Shown here: one piece after another, positions 8,767 to 19,020 of the stretch
Layout of the letters: each line of letters begins with the position of its first letter
How positions within the stretch are numbered: the stretch's first letter is position 1
Assembly: GCA_965261395.1 (NCBI GenBank)
Contig: OZ253462.1
Span: forward strand, 6,464,001-6,528,000
Source of the DNA: Candidatus Latescibacterota bacterium
GTDB taxonomy: Bacteria > Latescibacterota > UBA2968 > UBA8231
Length of the DNA stretch: 64,000 bases
Direction of reading: 5' to 3'
Made by a program: the position numbers and the translations under genes
The notes under the pieces: generated by a model
Seen by the model: the letters and a program-made list of their open reading frames with translations, nothing else
What the model was told of the DNA's origin: nothing
Databases searched by the model: none

Positions 8767-11145
8767 CTAGTAAGCCACGCTAATGATTCGGTGCTGGCTC
8801 GCGGCTCCGGCTTGGGCCTCCACCTCCACCCGGCACAGGTACGAACCGGGGGGGACTACGCGCTCGTTCTGGTCTTGGCCGGTCCAAATGTAGAGGTAGG
8901 ACTGGTCTGGCTGGCGCTGCCCCTCAAGGGCGCGGACGAGTCGGCCGTCGAGGGCGTAGATCTGCACTTGGGCAGGCGCGTCCGTCTTCAGGATGTGGAA
9001 GCGAATTTCCGCGGCGTCGCCGATCCCGTCTCCGTTGGGGCTGATGAACGACTGCACCGAGAGATTGGCGATTAGCTGGTCAGTGCCTGGGACGCTGGGC
9101 AAATAGACGGTCGTGGCGGCGCGGCTAGCCGGATCGACCGGCTGCCAGACCTCTAGCTGCCCCTCGTGACCGATGAAAGCCCGGAAGAGGGTGGCGTTGC
9201 GCTCTACAACCGCGCTAAACGCCAGCGCGACTTCCTGTTGCCGCACCGTGCGCGGCAGCTCCACGAACAGCGAATCGCCCGCGACGCGCACCGCAGCCGG
9301 CTCGGCTTCGGCACCGCCTATGGTGAGGACGAGCGAGTCGGGGTCGGCGGGCGAGGGGGTTTGCAGGAGGATGCGATCAAACCCGGGGTTACGCGACTCT
9401 AGCTCCGGTATTATGCGGAATGAGAATAGCTGAGCCACGCCCGCCTCAGCCGTGTGCGGCAGCACCTCGCCAGTGACTCCGGCGAGGAAGGCGTCGGTAA
9501 ATTCGATCTCTAGGGCGCGCACGGTCGGCGCGGTGGTCGGGCGGTCTGAGCTGAGGATGAGTTGGACTTGGACAAAGCGGCGCGGGCTGGGGGAAAGAAA
9601 CTGCTCGCCGGAGCGCTGGTAAAAGTTGCTCCACTCGCTCCAGTCCTCGCCAATGCCGATGGTGCCCAGGGTCTCGCCCCGCAACGCCTTCGGCATCTGG
9701 TCGAACTGCTCGGCCGTTACTTCGGTGCCATCCTTGCGGAAGTAGCGAAAATTTTCTTGCAGCGCGTTGCCCGAGCGGGTGCGCGCTTGAATGCGAGCGC
9801 CCGGGGGCAGGTCGGCTTCCCAGTACAGGGATTTGATCACCTTCGCCCGGTTGTCGCCCGCGATTTGCCCCAAGTCGATGAAGTCCGAACTCATCTCCAC
9901 TTGGGCCACGTGGCCCACCGCAAACACCAGCGTCTCTATCAAAAAGCCGCTCTGGAACTCGAAGCTGGTCTGCGCGCCGCCGCCGCCAACCCATTCGGCG
10001 GCGATAAAGCGGACGGGGCGCGGCTCAAAAAGATACGTCAATTGGCCGGGGAACTCGGTCGAGGACGCGAGCAAGGCATTCGCGTCGCCGATGAAGAGTT
10101 GGTCGAGATCGACTTCGCCCGTCAGGGTGCGGCGACCGTTGGAAACGCTCAAGCTGTGGGTGCGAATCTGGGGCAGGTTGGAGCCGTACGTCAGGGTGCG
10201 AAGGAGAAAGTCCGAAGTGCGCATCACGATCCGATCCACCCAAAACAGCGCGCCCAAATCCCAGTCCCAAGCAATGGGATCTTGGCCGCGCTCCCGCCGT
10301 GCTCCCCAATCGGTATTGGCGTTGCCATCGGCCATTTTGAAGGCAAATCCCCGGCCCACGCGCTCCTGAATCGCGCCACCGCGTTCTAGGGTTTGCAAGG
10401 CGATATTTTCCCCGAGCGTGTACACTTCCACCTCGGCAAGCGCTGCGTCCGGCGTCTTGGCATCCACCAAAATCCTTATGTATTGCAGCAAGTCGTAGGT
10501 ATAGCCCGCAGCATCCCCCTCGCGGCCTCCCCGCACCCGCCTCGCCTCCCTCACTAGCGGCTTCACATCGTAAATCACCTCAGTCTCGTCAATGGGCTTG
10601 GTGGTGCCGCCTATCAGGTGAAAAGAGAATATGTCTTGGCGCGTCACGCGGCGACCCTCGGAGCCAAAAACGCGGAACTCGCGGAAGGGCCGCGCGCCCT
10701 CTTGATCGGGGAAAATGAGGCGAATCTCCGACACGAGTACGGCCCTTCCTAAGTTGATCTCAATCCACCAGTCCTCTAAGGAGGCGTCCGGGGCGGGTTG
10801 CCAGAAGGTATGGGCGCGGCCGTCTATGGCCCGGCCGGCCGTTGCGAGGTTGGAGCCGGCCTTCCATGCACCGCCGCGCATCTCTTTACCACTCACCAGC
10901 TCGTGGGTGAATTCGCTGGCGTTGGCCGCGGCGTTGTGCTCGCCCTTGAATTCGACGGGGGTCACCGAGCCGTTTGGGGAAAATGCGAGCGTGCCGGCCG
11001 GGAAGGTCCACTGCCTCCACTGGGCTCGGCGATCCACCCGGTACACCTCTAGGTTGGCGCTCCGAGTCTGGGCGTACGCCGCCAGCACGAGGGCTGCCAA
11101 ACCCACGAATAGGAGGAACGTTTGGTGCGAGCGAATGCGCTGCAT
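8767..11145 (-). CDS. secreted discoidin-like protein with C-terminal FlgD-Ig/CTD domain
   Basis: signal peptide; WWIEINLG; FISPNGDGIGD...IYALDGRLVR...W.G....G.Y...VAY. Confidence 0.75.
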   Translation of the reverse strand: MQRIRSHQTFLLFVGLAALVLAAYAQTRSANLEVYRVDRRAQWRQWTFPAGTLAFSPNGSVTPVEFKGEHNAAANASEFTHELVSGKEMRGGAWKAGSNLATAGRAIDGRAHTFWQPAPDASLEDWWIEINLGRAVLVSEIRLIFPDQEGARPFREFRVFGSEGRRVTRQDIFSFHLIGGTTKPIDETEVIYDVKPLVREARRVRGGREGDAAGYTYDLLQYIRILVDAKTPDAALAEVEVYTLGENIALQTLERGGAIQERVGRGFAFKMADGNANTDWGARRERGQDPIAWDWDLGALFWVDRIVMRTSDFLLRTLTYGSNLPQIRTHSLSVSNGRRTLTGEVDLDQLFIGDANALLASSTEFPGQLTYLFEPRPVRFIAAEWVGGGGAQTSFEFQSGFLIETLVFAVGHVAQVEMSSDFIDLGQIAGDNRAKVIKSLYWEADLPPGARIQARTRSGNALQENFRYFRKDGTEVTAEQFDQMPKALRGETLGTIGIGEDWSEWSNFYQRSGEQFLSPSPRRFVQVQLILSSDRPTTAPTVRALEIEFTDAFLAGVTGEVLPHTAEAGVAQLFSFRIIPELESRNPGFDRILLQTPSPADPDSLVLTIGGAEAEPAAVRVAGDSLFVELPRTVRQQEVALAFSAVVERNATLFRAFIGHEGQLEVWQPVDPASRAATTVYLPSVPGTDQLIANLSVQSFISPNGDGIGDAAEIRFHILKTDAPAQVQIYALDGRLVRALEGQRQPDQSYLYIWTGQDQNERVVPPGSYLCRVEVEAQAGAASQHRIISVAY

Positions 11146-11157
11146 AGCCTCTCCTTT

Positions 11158-13092
11158 TTAGTAGGCAACGCCCACCGTACCGAGGCGCGTGAAGCGCTCG
11201 CGCTCGGCATCGGCGGTCACCTGGGCGAGGTAGATCCCCACGGGAACCGAGTTGCCGCTGTCGTCGCGCCCGTCCCATTCCCAAGCAAAAGAGCCGCTGC
11301 TGCGCGCGCCCGTAAACAAGGTGCGCACCCGCTGGCCGCCAAGCGAGAAAATTCGCACGGCCAACTGGACGGGTTGCTGGAGCTGGACCAAGGTACAGGA
11401 AATGCGCACCCGCTCGTTGACCCCGTCGCCATTGGGCGTCACCACGGCCGGCTGCACCGCAAAAAATGGGAGCAGGTTGCGCGCTGAAGCGGCCGTGGTC
11501 AGCACGCGCAAGTCGTTGGTCAAGACCGTAGGGTTGGCGTCCCCGGGCAGGACCTGCTGTGGGGACTCGTCGCTTTGGGTGTCGAAGACTCGGGCGCGAA
11601 AGAACGTGGATTGGACGAAGACTTCGGCGTCGAACACGACGCGCAAAGCACTCGGCGATTGATGCGTCAGCCTATGGCTGGGGAAGAATAGCTTCAGGCT
11701 TCTTTCACCCTCGACGACGCTGTCGGGCGCGGTGGCAACGGGCGGATCGCCCGTGAACATCTCTTTGAACTGCGGCCTAGAGGGCGTGAGAATCTCCATG
11801 GCATCAAAGCCCACGTCCGTCTCGCTTATGTCGGCGCGGATGTCGTAGGCAAAAGTCGAGAGCGCACCGGCCGGCACTCGGGGCTTGTTGCCCAAGGGGC
11901 GGGGGGTTTCCAGCGCGGAGATTTCCCCTATTAGCTGCTGGGCCAACGGCGGAATGGAGTGCTCGACCGCCAGCGAGTTGACCCGTATGCCGTCGAGGAT
12001 GGAGTGGCTGATGAGGGCGATTTCGAGCTGGAAGAAACGACGCGGGCTAGGTAGCTCAATCCGCTGGCCGGACTCGGCAAAGGGCGGCGACCACTCGCTC
12101 CAGTTGACTTGGTCGTCTTCGACCGGGCCGCGCACGTTCAAGCCCAGCCTGCCGTAATCGCCCTCCGAGACTTCCTGCACATCGCCGGTGAAAACATTGA
12201 CGATTTCGTAGAACACCTGCGGGGTATCGTCGCGGCCCGTGCGCATGCGAATGGAGACCTCCGCATCGGCTGTCGGCTCGACGTCGATGCGGCCTTCTTG
12301 CTGGCGCAAGGTCTCGGTCGTCCACAGCAGGCGGCTGAAATTGGCCACTTCGCCCAAGTCGATGATCTTGGACAGATAGCGCCCTCCCGGCGGAAAACCC
12401 GCTCCGTACACCTCGAACTCGGCTATCTCAAAGGGATTGGTCGAAGTCACGTTGAGCTGGATGTAGCGGACGAATTGCAATGGGAAGGGAATTTTCGCCA
12501 CGCTTTCCGTGGTGAAATCCACTTGGGTCAGCAGGTTGTACACCGGCAGGTTTGTCGGTGTGAAGCTCACGCCGTCGCTGACCTGAATTTTATAGCCGCG
12601 AATGAAATCGTCGGCAAAGGGCCGCCCGCGACTGTCGGCCCCTTCCGGGCGCGGGAAAAACGAGATGCGGTTGATGGGGAGGCTCGTGCCCAAGTCAAAG
12701 AAAAAGGCCCGGCCCGCCTGCAGCACCCCGAATTCCTTGAAGCGATTTTCGCTGGAGGTTTGCACATCGCCATCGACGAGCGGGGCATTCTTCTGCTTGA
12801 AGGGCACGTTGTCCCACACCCGCGCCGCGGCCACCTCATTGATGAAGTCCAAGGGGAATCCCTCGGTCCATCTCAGCTGCCGGACGATGTTATCGTTGGG
12901 ATTAAAACCCACCAATTGAATGGCCCCGGCTACACCGAAGCTAATGGCCGTGGAATTTAGCTCGTCGTCCTTCCAAGAGCGACCCGCGCCGCCCAATTCC
13001 CACTGCCGCACCTCGCCCGTAACCGCCGCGGCCAACCACGCGACCCCGACCAACGCCTTAGAAGTAGCAAATAGCGATTTGAACGCGCGCAA
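11158..13092 (-). CDS. secreted protein with C-terminal FlgD-Ig/CTD domain
   Basis: VVTPNGDGVNE...WDGRDDSGNSVPVGIY...VAY; paralog of 8767 and 19021 proteins. Confidence 0.75.
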   Translation of the reverse strand: MRAFKSLFATSKALVGVAWLAAAVTGEVRQWELGGAGRSWKDDELNSTAISFGVAGAIQLVGFNPNDNIVRQLRWTEGFPLDFINEVAAARVWDNVPFKQKNAPLVDGDVQTSSENRFKEFGVLQAGRAFFFDLGTSLPINRISFFPRPEGADSRGRPFADDFIRGYKIQVSDGVSFTPTNLPVYNLLTQVDFTTESVAKIPFPLQFVRYIQLNVTSTNPFEIAEFEVYGAGFPPGGRYLSKIIDLGEVANFSRLLWTTETLRQQEGRIDVEPTADAEVSIRMRTGRDDTPQVFYEIVNVFTGDVQEVSEGDYGRLGLNVRGPVEDDQVNWSEWSPPFAESGQRIELPSPRRFFQLEIALISHSILDGIRVNSLAVEHSIPPLAQQLIGEISALETPRPLGNKPRVPAGALSTFAYDIRADISETDVGFDAMEILTPSRPQFKEMFTGDPPVATAPDSVVEGERSLKLFFPSHRLTHQSPSALRVVFDAEVFVQSTFFRARVFDTQSDESPQQVLPGDANPTVLTNDLRVLTTAASARNLLPFFAVQPAVVTPNGDGVNERVRISCTLVQLQQPVQLAVRIFSLGGQRVRTLFTGARSSGSFAWEWDGRDDSGNSVPVGIYLAQVTADAERERFTRLGTVGVAY

Positions 13093-13142
13093 AACAATTC
13101 CTCACTTTATTGGCGAAATATAGCCCGTTTTCACCCAGAACC

Positions 13143-15083
13143 TCAACCCCAGAAAATCACGTTGCCGACCATGCCGGTAAAGTGATCGACGAATAGAAAA
13201 ATGCCCCCCGGCACAATGTGCCCGGCGATCATGCCCATGAAAAAGGGGCGCGTCTTGCGATAGAGCGCCACGCCGCCGTAGCGCAGCACCGACACCTTAA
13301 TAAGCCAAGCCAAGAACATGTCAAACCAGAGGTGATCCATGATCCCGGTGGGGCCGATGGGATAGCCGAGGGGATGGAGGGGCCACCAGACATAGTACCA
13401 GCGCGCCAGCATCAAGAGCAGCATCACGCCCGCTCCAATCCCGGTGTTAATCCAACCCCCCAGATGCGGCTCGCTCGGCGTGCGAATCAAGCCGGCGGCG
13501 TAGTCGTAGAACCCGTGCTGCCCTCCGGGTATTTTCAGGTTGAGCGCCCCGTAGGAATAGCCCAGTTCCATAACCACCCACATCGACGAGACCAGCCCGA
13601 CGGCCATGGCCAAGAGCATCGTCCAAAACAGCGGACGCTTGGAACCGCCAAAGCCCTCGCCCAACTTGAGGCTGTTGGCGGACGAAGTCATGGCGAAACT
13701 GCGCCCGGTCGTCCAGAAATAGGTCGTCGCCAGCACGACCAAGCCTTGGACACCGATGGCCGAAGAACCGACGGCTGAGACGACGATGGCGGCCGGACCG
13801 ACCGGGACCGAACCGTCCGAAAGCCCCCCTTCGGCGATTAGGCGAGTAAACCCGACAAAAAGCGCGAAAGCGGTAAAGAGAAACGCTAGCGCGACCCAGA
13901 TGGGCAAGCCCGCCAGCGCGAGCCACGCGACCAGCACCGCGCTGCTGCCCAGCAGGACCAGCACCGCCGTCCGGTAGGATAGAATTTCGCCGGAGTCATC
14001 TACCTTGGGGTCTCCCCACAGGGCCTTGCGCAAGACCGCCCGCAGGTGCTTGCGGGCCGCGAACAAGCCAAATAGAAATAGGACCAGCATCCCGCCCATC
14101 GACTGGTGGACGAGTATTGGGTCGATGATAGAGTGCCCGCCCCCCAGCATTTCCGAACTAGTGACGCCTAGTACTGCGAATGTGGTGCGCAGGGCATTGG
14201 CGAAGAGATTGAAAAACCACAGGCTGAAGGCGATTTCGGTCTTGAGAAAGTAGAAAAAGCCTAAAATGTTGAAGCGGAATTTGAATTGCAGTTCGGACAG
14301 GTTGTCGAAAATGGGTAGGATGAAGTGGATGGGATCTACATTGGTGGCGATGGGCACGGTCTCGGGGAAGTAGTTGTGTAGCCCGTGCAGGGTGCCCCAG
14401 ACGGCCGGTACGGCAAAGCCTATCCACATCACCGGGTTTTTGAAGAATGGAGCTATGCGTTCCCCTCCGGCGTCCTGTTCGGTGAGAGCCATCGGCACCT
14501 GGACCAGCGGATAGGTCAGCCGCTCGTGATCGTTCCACTGCTTGCGCAGAATCGCCATCGCGGCAATCATCGCCAAAAACAAGGCCCACACAAAAGGTGC
14601 CCAGCGCAAGAAAATCGGCAGCCAACCAGCCCACGGGATGGAGCGGCCTTGCTCCAAGCCCTCGTAAAAAGGCCCCATGACCCCTAGGTCGCGCGGCTCC
14701 AACCAGTCCGCTATGTGGGGTTGGATGAGGGTGTGCCAGTCGTTTTCCGGCGTGGCAAAGTAAAAGGGGGTGAGGATCGTGCCGATGAAGCGGCCGGCAA
14801 AAAACACCGGCAGAGGCGAGGCCATGACCATCATTATGTAGATGAGCAGCAACTCGCCGCGGTTCAGCCCAGCTCGCGGATGGACCAGCTTGAGCAGCGG
14901 GTTGACCAAGCCAGCGAGGAAAAACAGCAAGAACAGAGCACCGACCGTACTGGTCCCGAGCGTCATGTACGAGCCGCGGAGATAGAAGACCCCATACGAG
15001 TCGCCCGCGGCCACGAAAAACGTGAACAGGCAGCCGAGGATCAGGGCCTTGGGCGTGAAGGCTGCGGCCGCTGGGGGTGGCAA
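13143..15083 (-). CDS. DUF6785/DUF6784-type polytopic membrane protein
   Basis: RKQWNDHERLTYPL, WWPLHPLGY; paralog of 1160..3145. Confidence 0.8.
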   Translation of the reverse strand: MPPPAAAAFTPKALILGCLFTFFVAAGDSYGVFYLRGSYMTLGTSTVGALFLLFFLAGLVNPLLKLVHPRAGLNRGELLLIYIMMVMASPLPVFFAGRFIGTILTPFYFATPENDWHTLIQPHIADWLEPRDLGVMGPFYEGLEQGRSIPWAGWLPIFLRWAPFVWALFLAMIAAMAILRKQWNDHERLTYPLVQVPMALTEQDAGGERIAPFFKNPVMWIGFAVPAVWGTLHGLHNYFPETVPIATNVDPIHFILPIFDNLSELQFKFRFNILGFFYFLKTEIAFSLWFFNLFANALRTTFAVLGVTSSEMLGGGHSIIDPILVHQSMGGMLVLFLFGLFAARKHLRAVLRKALWGDPKVDDSGEILSYRTAVLVLLGSSAVLVAWLALAGLPIWVALAFLFTAFALFVGFTRLIAEGGLSDGSVPVGPAAIVVSAVGSSAIGVQGLVVLATTYFWTTGRSFAMTSSANSLKLGEGFGGSKRPLFWTMLLAMAVGLVSSMWVVMELGYSYGALNLKIPGGQHGFYDYAAGLIRTPSEPHLGGWINTGIGAGVMLLLMLARWYYVWWPLHPLGYPIGPTGIMDHLWFDMFLAWLIKVSVLRYGGVALYRKTRPFFMGMIAGHIVPGGIFLFVDHFTGMVGNVIFWG

Positions 15084-15086
15084 GGA

Positions 15087-17726
15087 CTATACCCCGCCGG
15101 TGGCAGCGAAGATGCGGACGAAAACGATCGATTGCTTCTGGGTCTGCTCCGCGAAGAACTGGCGCTCTAGCAGAAAGCCCGCGTTCATAGTCAGTTCGTA
15201 CCCTTGATAGGACGATACATTGGTCAGCAGGGCCGAAAAGACGAGGCTGCGGAAGTCCTCGACATAGCTCGGCGATGCCTCGGCTGGACGCTCGGCTAGG
15301 TTCTCGAAGAGACTGAATTCAACGCCGAAGTCCAAGTTCGTCTTCGGCAGGAGCGAGTACTGGCCGATAAAGAAGAAGCTCTCGGTCAGTTGGTTGGCCT
15401 CCAGCCCGACCAGCGCGGTGGGCGTTTCTCGCTGGTACATGCTCTTCCACTTGGGATAGAGGGCGAGCCGGTCGCTGGGGCGGATGGCGTAATCGGCTTT
15501 GTTGATCAGGCCCAAAAACGAGCGGTCGCGCTTGAGGCTGGCCTGCGCGCCGAGCTGGTTGAAGTGCTCGTACTTCAGCTTGCCCTCGACGTTCAGGTTG
15601 CGGATGCGAAAGTAGCGGGCCTTCAAGTACAGCGAATTGACAAAGGTATCTTGGTTGTCGAGCGGATCGGCAAAATCCGTCAGGCCGATGGGATCGCGCC
15701 AGACGATGCGGTCTTCGGGCAAGGTGTCGGCCACTAGTTTGGCGTGCTCAAAAAAGGCGATGTCCAGCCCAGGATAGGATTTTTCCAAGGTCAGCAGCCC
15801 GTAGAACGAGCGGCTTTCGCGGTCGCTGCTCAGTTGGTGCTCGGCGAGCCGACCGATAGTCAGCCGGGTGCTCTCGGTGATTTTTAACCCCCCGTACGCG
15901 TTGTAGCCACGGTGGTCGCGCTCGTAGGGGTAGTCGGGCAGGCGGTCGTCCTCAAAGCGGTCGATGATCGTGTTGTTGTTCATGTCCATGCCAAAGAGAA
16001 ACTCCGGCGGATCGACCTGATAGCGGAGGAAAGGCTCGACGTAATCCGGGCGGCTGTTCTGGTTTTGGTTGAAGTCGGAGATAAAATCGTTGTTCTCGTC
16101 CAGCCCGGGAAAAATCTCAGTGTCGCGGCCCACCGAGCCACCCTGGCCGCCGAACCCTTGGCTCTGGCGATAGCGCTGCCAGTCGGTGAAGCGGTCTTGG
16201 TCATCGTTGTCATCGACAAACTCAAAGAGGTTTTGGGTCTCGCTGGCGTAGTCGATAACCCCGCCCGGGTCGGCGATAAAGGCCGTGGTGCTGTAATCGG
16301 GATCTATGGTGAACATCTCGCCGTACGCGAAGAAGGGGTAGCGCTGGTACGAAGCCGTGACGTACCCGGCTTCGGCCGTCTCCTTGTAGGCGGGCAGCTT
16401 GCGGAAGTTCTGGTTGGGGAAGCGACGGAAGCGGCGGTTGAGAGCCCATTCGGCCCGCAGGTCGAAGTGGGCGAGGTTAATAAGCTCCAGATCCATGCCG
16501 ATCACTTCGTGTGCGGTCGGCAGGCCGTAGGTAAAGCGTACAAAGGTCTGGTTGGAGCCATCGGTGATCTCGTCGCGCGCCTGGGCCACCGGCAAGAAAA
16601 CCTGCTCGCCCCGGGCATTGGTCTGGAGATTGGAGGCGATCTCTATGCGGTAGTCGTTGGACACCACCAGCTCGAATTCGAGCTTCTTGGCCTCGCGGAA
16701 AGTGCCCACTTTTTCGGTTGGGCTAAAATCGTTGCGAATGTCGTAGATAAGCTCAAGTACGTCCGGGCCGCTCACTTCTAATATTCCCTCGCGCCGCACG
16801 CCGCCGCGCACCAAGGGCGCGATTTCCGGGTGCAGCTCTCCGTCGATGATCACCTGATCGACGAAAAACGAGGCTCCGGCTTGTTCGGATTCGGGCGAAT
16901 CGTCCGCAATGCGGATGATGACCCGCTCGACATTGCCCGTGTTCTGGGGGCCGGTCAGCAGACCCTTGAGCGAGTTGTCTCCGAGGCTTAGCTCGCTGCT
17001 GGTATTGGACACATTGACCCACGTCAGGCCCAACTTGGCAAAGTCGCCCACTTGGGCCACGCCGCGGGCCCCGAGGAGGCGGGTCGTGTTTTCGAGCGTC
17101 GAAGACCCGCCCGCCTCGTTGAGCGCGGTAAACCCCGGCGCGTTGAGCCGCGAGCCGAGGAGGGTCAGCGCGTACTTGTCGGCGAGAAAATCCCACTGCA
17201 ACCCGTTGAACGTGGGCTTGGAGAAGGTCAGGGGAGTAAGCGTCGTGCGGATGGCGTCGCCCACCGTCAGAGAGGTGTGGAATTGGCCGTGGCTGGCCGA
17301 TGAGATGACGAGGCTGTCGAACCACCGGCCAAAGCGGGTTCCCTTCAAGAGGGCACTGCCCTGGCGCAGGGGACTGGTTTCGGTCCAGTCGTAGATGACC
17401 CAGCCGCGATTGATGTACTGGCCGAAGAGGTTGTAGTTGCGGGTGCCTTCGAGCTGGATGTTGACGTAGCGCTGGTAGTTGTCGCGCGCGTAGTTGCTGT
17501 ACTCCCAGCCGCGCCACTGGTATTCGTAGTATAGATTCTGCGGCAAGTACCACTTGCGCCGGTTGGGTGCCAAGGCACCGGTATGGATGCGCACCCCGCG
17601 AATCCCCGGTTCCTCAACCGGCCGAAAGCCCGTAGATAGCTGGGCGAAAGCCGTGGACTCCGAGAGTACAAAAGCGCACCACAACAGCAAGATCGGCCCT
17701 CTGCTACAAAGGGTTATCAGCCTCAT
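15087..17726 (-). CDS. large secreted, probable outer-membrane protein
   Basis: signal peptide from ATG 17726 (RBS AGGAG); D/N-rich loops (GLDENND, DMNNN); alternating beta-strand-like C-terminus. Confidence 0.65.
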   Translation of the reverse strand: MRLITLCSRGPILLLWCAFVLSESTAFAQLSTGFRPVEEPGIRGVRIHTGALAPNRRKWYLPQNLYYEYQWRGWEYSNYARDNYQRYVNIQLEGTRNYNLFGQYINRGWVIYDWTETSPLRQGSALLKGTRFGRWFDSLVISSASHGQFHTSLTVGDAIRTTLTPLTFSKPTFNGLQWDFLADKYALTLLGSRLNAPGFTALNEAGGSSTLENTTRLLGARGVAQVGDFAKLGLTWVNVSNTSSELSLGDNSLKGLLTGPQNTGNVERVIIRIADDSPESEQAGASFFVDQVIIDGELHPEIAPLVRGGVRREGILEVSGPDVLELIYDIRNDFSPTEKVGTFREAKKLEFELVVSNDYRIEIASNLQTNARGEQVFLPVAQARDEITDGSNQTFVRFTYGLPTAHEVIGMDLELINLAHFDLRAEWALNRRFRRFPNQNFRKLPAYKETAEAGYVTASYQRYPFFAYGEMFTIDPDYSTTAFIADPGGVIDYASETQNLFEFVDDNDDQDRFTDWQRYRQSQGFGGQGGSVGRDTEIFPGLDENNDFISDFNQNQNSRPDYVEPFLRYQVDPPEFLFGMDMNNNTIIDRFEDDRLPDYPYERDHRGYNAYGGLKITESTRLTIGRLAEHQLSSDRESRSFYGLLTLEKSYPGLDIAFFEHAKLVADTLPEDRIVWRDPIGLTDFADPLDNQDTFVNSLYLKARYFRIRNLNVEGKLKYEHFNQLGAQASLKRDRSFLGLINKADYAIRPSDRLALYPKWKSMYQRETPTALVGLEANQLTESFFFIGQYSLLPKTNLDFGVEFSLFENLAERPAEASPSYVEDFRSLVFSALLTNVSSYQGYELTMNAGFLLERQFFAEQTQKQSIVFVRIFAATGGV

Positions 17727-18010
17727 AATCCATCTCCTAATGAGGAAAAGCCCGCCTGGCCTAGCGAGCGCCATCGGCTGACAATATACGCCCCGCTCCC
17801 ACTACATACCAAGTCAGACCCGCGCTGTCGCGCCTGCAAAAAACGGCATTCCCTTGCCGTAAATTTGTTTCGCTTGTCTGGGTTTTTTTATTATAATGTA
17901 AAATCACCTTAGCTGTATCACTTATCCGAAAGGAGGTTGTGTAGCGTGCTGAACGACGATTCCCACGTCCCTTTTTCTTCTTTTATCTCTTCCAATCAAG
18001 GAGCGTACAA

Positions 18011-18913
18011 ATGAGAAAGTTCGGCTTTTTCGCTTTGTCTTGCGGGCTGGCGTGCCTACTGAGTTCGGCCGCCTTTGCCCACGTAGGCGTGACCGTGTTC
18101 TATCCCCAGGTGCCGGATCCGGCTGCCATCACCATCGACGGCAACGACGACGACTGGGGTTGGTACGACCCGGCTCTCGCCCTCAATCAGCCCGATTTCT
18201 TCGACCGGGCCAGCGATTTCGTCGAGTTGTCGGACTACGATTTCACCATCCTCAACGGTTGGTCGGCACCGCCGGACAACAAGTGGTATGGCTTTGCGCG
18301 CTTTGTCGACGATACCCTCAAGTACGTGTCGCCCGTCAAGGAGTGGTGGAGAGACGACTGCTTGCAGATAACCGTTGACTCCGATCACCTCGGCGGGTCG
18401 ATCCTCGGCGCCACGCTCGAAGAGATCGCCAATGGCCAGCGCTGGCACGTGCGCATCTTCCCCCCAGCCGGCGAGTCCCTGCTGCCCAATCAGACCTGCT
18501 TCTTCTACAGCCAGTTAGAGTTTATCGACTCTGAAGAGCTGCTGTGGGGACTGGAGCCGGAGTTTTTCGAGGCCGCGTGGACCGTCCTGCCAGCAGGTGC
18601 CGAGAACCAGGCAGTCGGGGTTACGTACACCTATGAGTGGCGGGGTGCCCTGTGGGACATCTGGGGCCTGAGCGAGAGCGAGAGCACGCGGCACGTATTC
18701 GCCGAGGACGATGTGATCCACCTCGGCTATCGCCCGCTCGACGGCGACTCGGTCGGACGCAAGCACTCCATGTACATCAACGACGGCAGCCAGTCGCAGG
18801 ACGTCGACGCTTCGCAGATGCCCGACTTCTGGGCGCTAGCGGCGACGGAGACTAACGTGGAAAACGACACTTGGGGCCACATCAAAAACAGCATGTCCCA
18901 ACGCCTCAAGTAG
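18011..18913 (+). CDS. secreted CBM9/DOMON-like protein with C-terminal TWGxIK motif
   Basis: RBS AAGGAG; signal peptide AAFA; ITIDGNDDDW; ends NVENDTWGHIKNSMSQRLK. Confidence 0.75.
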   Translation: MRKFGFFALSCGLACLLSSAAFAHVGVTVFYPQVPDPAAITIDGNDDDWGWYDPALALNQPDFFDRASDFVELSDYDFTILNGWSAPPDNKWYGFARFVDDTLKYVSPVKEWWRDDCLQITVDSDHLGGSILGATLEEIANGQRWHVRIFPPAGESLLPNQTCFFYSQLEFIDSEELLWGLEPEFFEAAWTVLPAGAENQAVGVTYTYEWRGALWDIWGLSESESTRHVFAEDDVIHLGYRPLDGDSVGRKHSMYINDGSQSQDVDASQMPDFWALAATETNVENDTWGHIKNSMSQRLK

Positions 18914-18931
18914 TAGCTCAGCAGTACCTGT

Positions 18932-18969
18932 CCCGAGGGGAAGGATCGCGTGCGGCCCTTCCCCTCGGG
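18932..18969 (+). terminator. GC-rich stem-loop after the 18011 gene (terminator or mRNA-stabilising hairpin)
   Basis: 13-bp stem CCCGAGGGGAAGG / CCTTCCCCTCGGG; only a weak U tract. Confidence 0.5.
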
Positions 18970-19020
18970 CATTTGCGTCGCCCGTTCGGGCGACGGAGAG
19001 CATCTTGCGGAGGCTGGCTG

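Noticed and set aside
17930-18014. Extra AAAGGAGGT and a 22-codon GTG mini-ORF whose stop overlaps the 18011 ATG
   Set aside because: Long SD spacing and a featureless peptide; not supportable without conservation data
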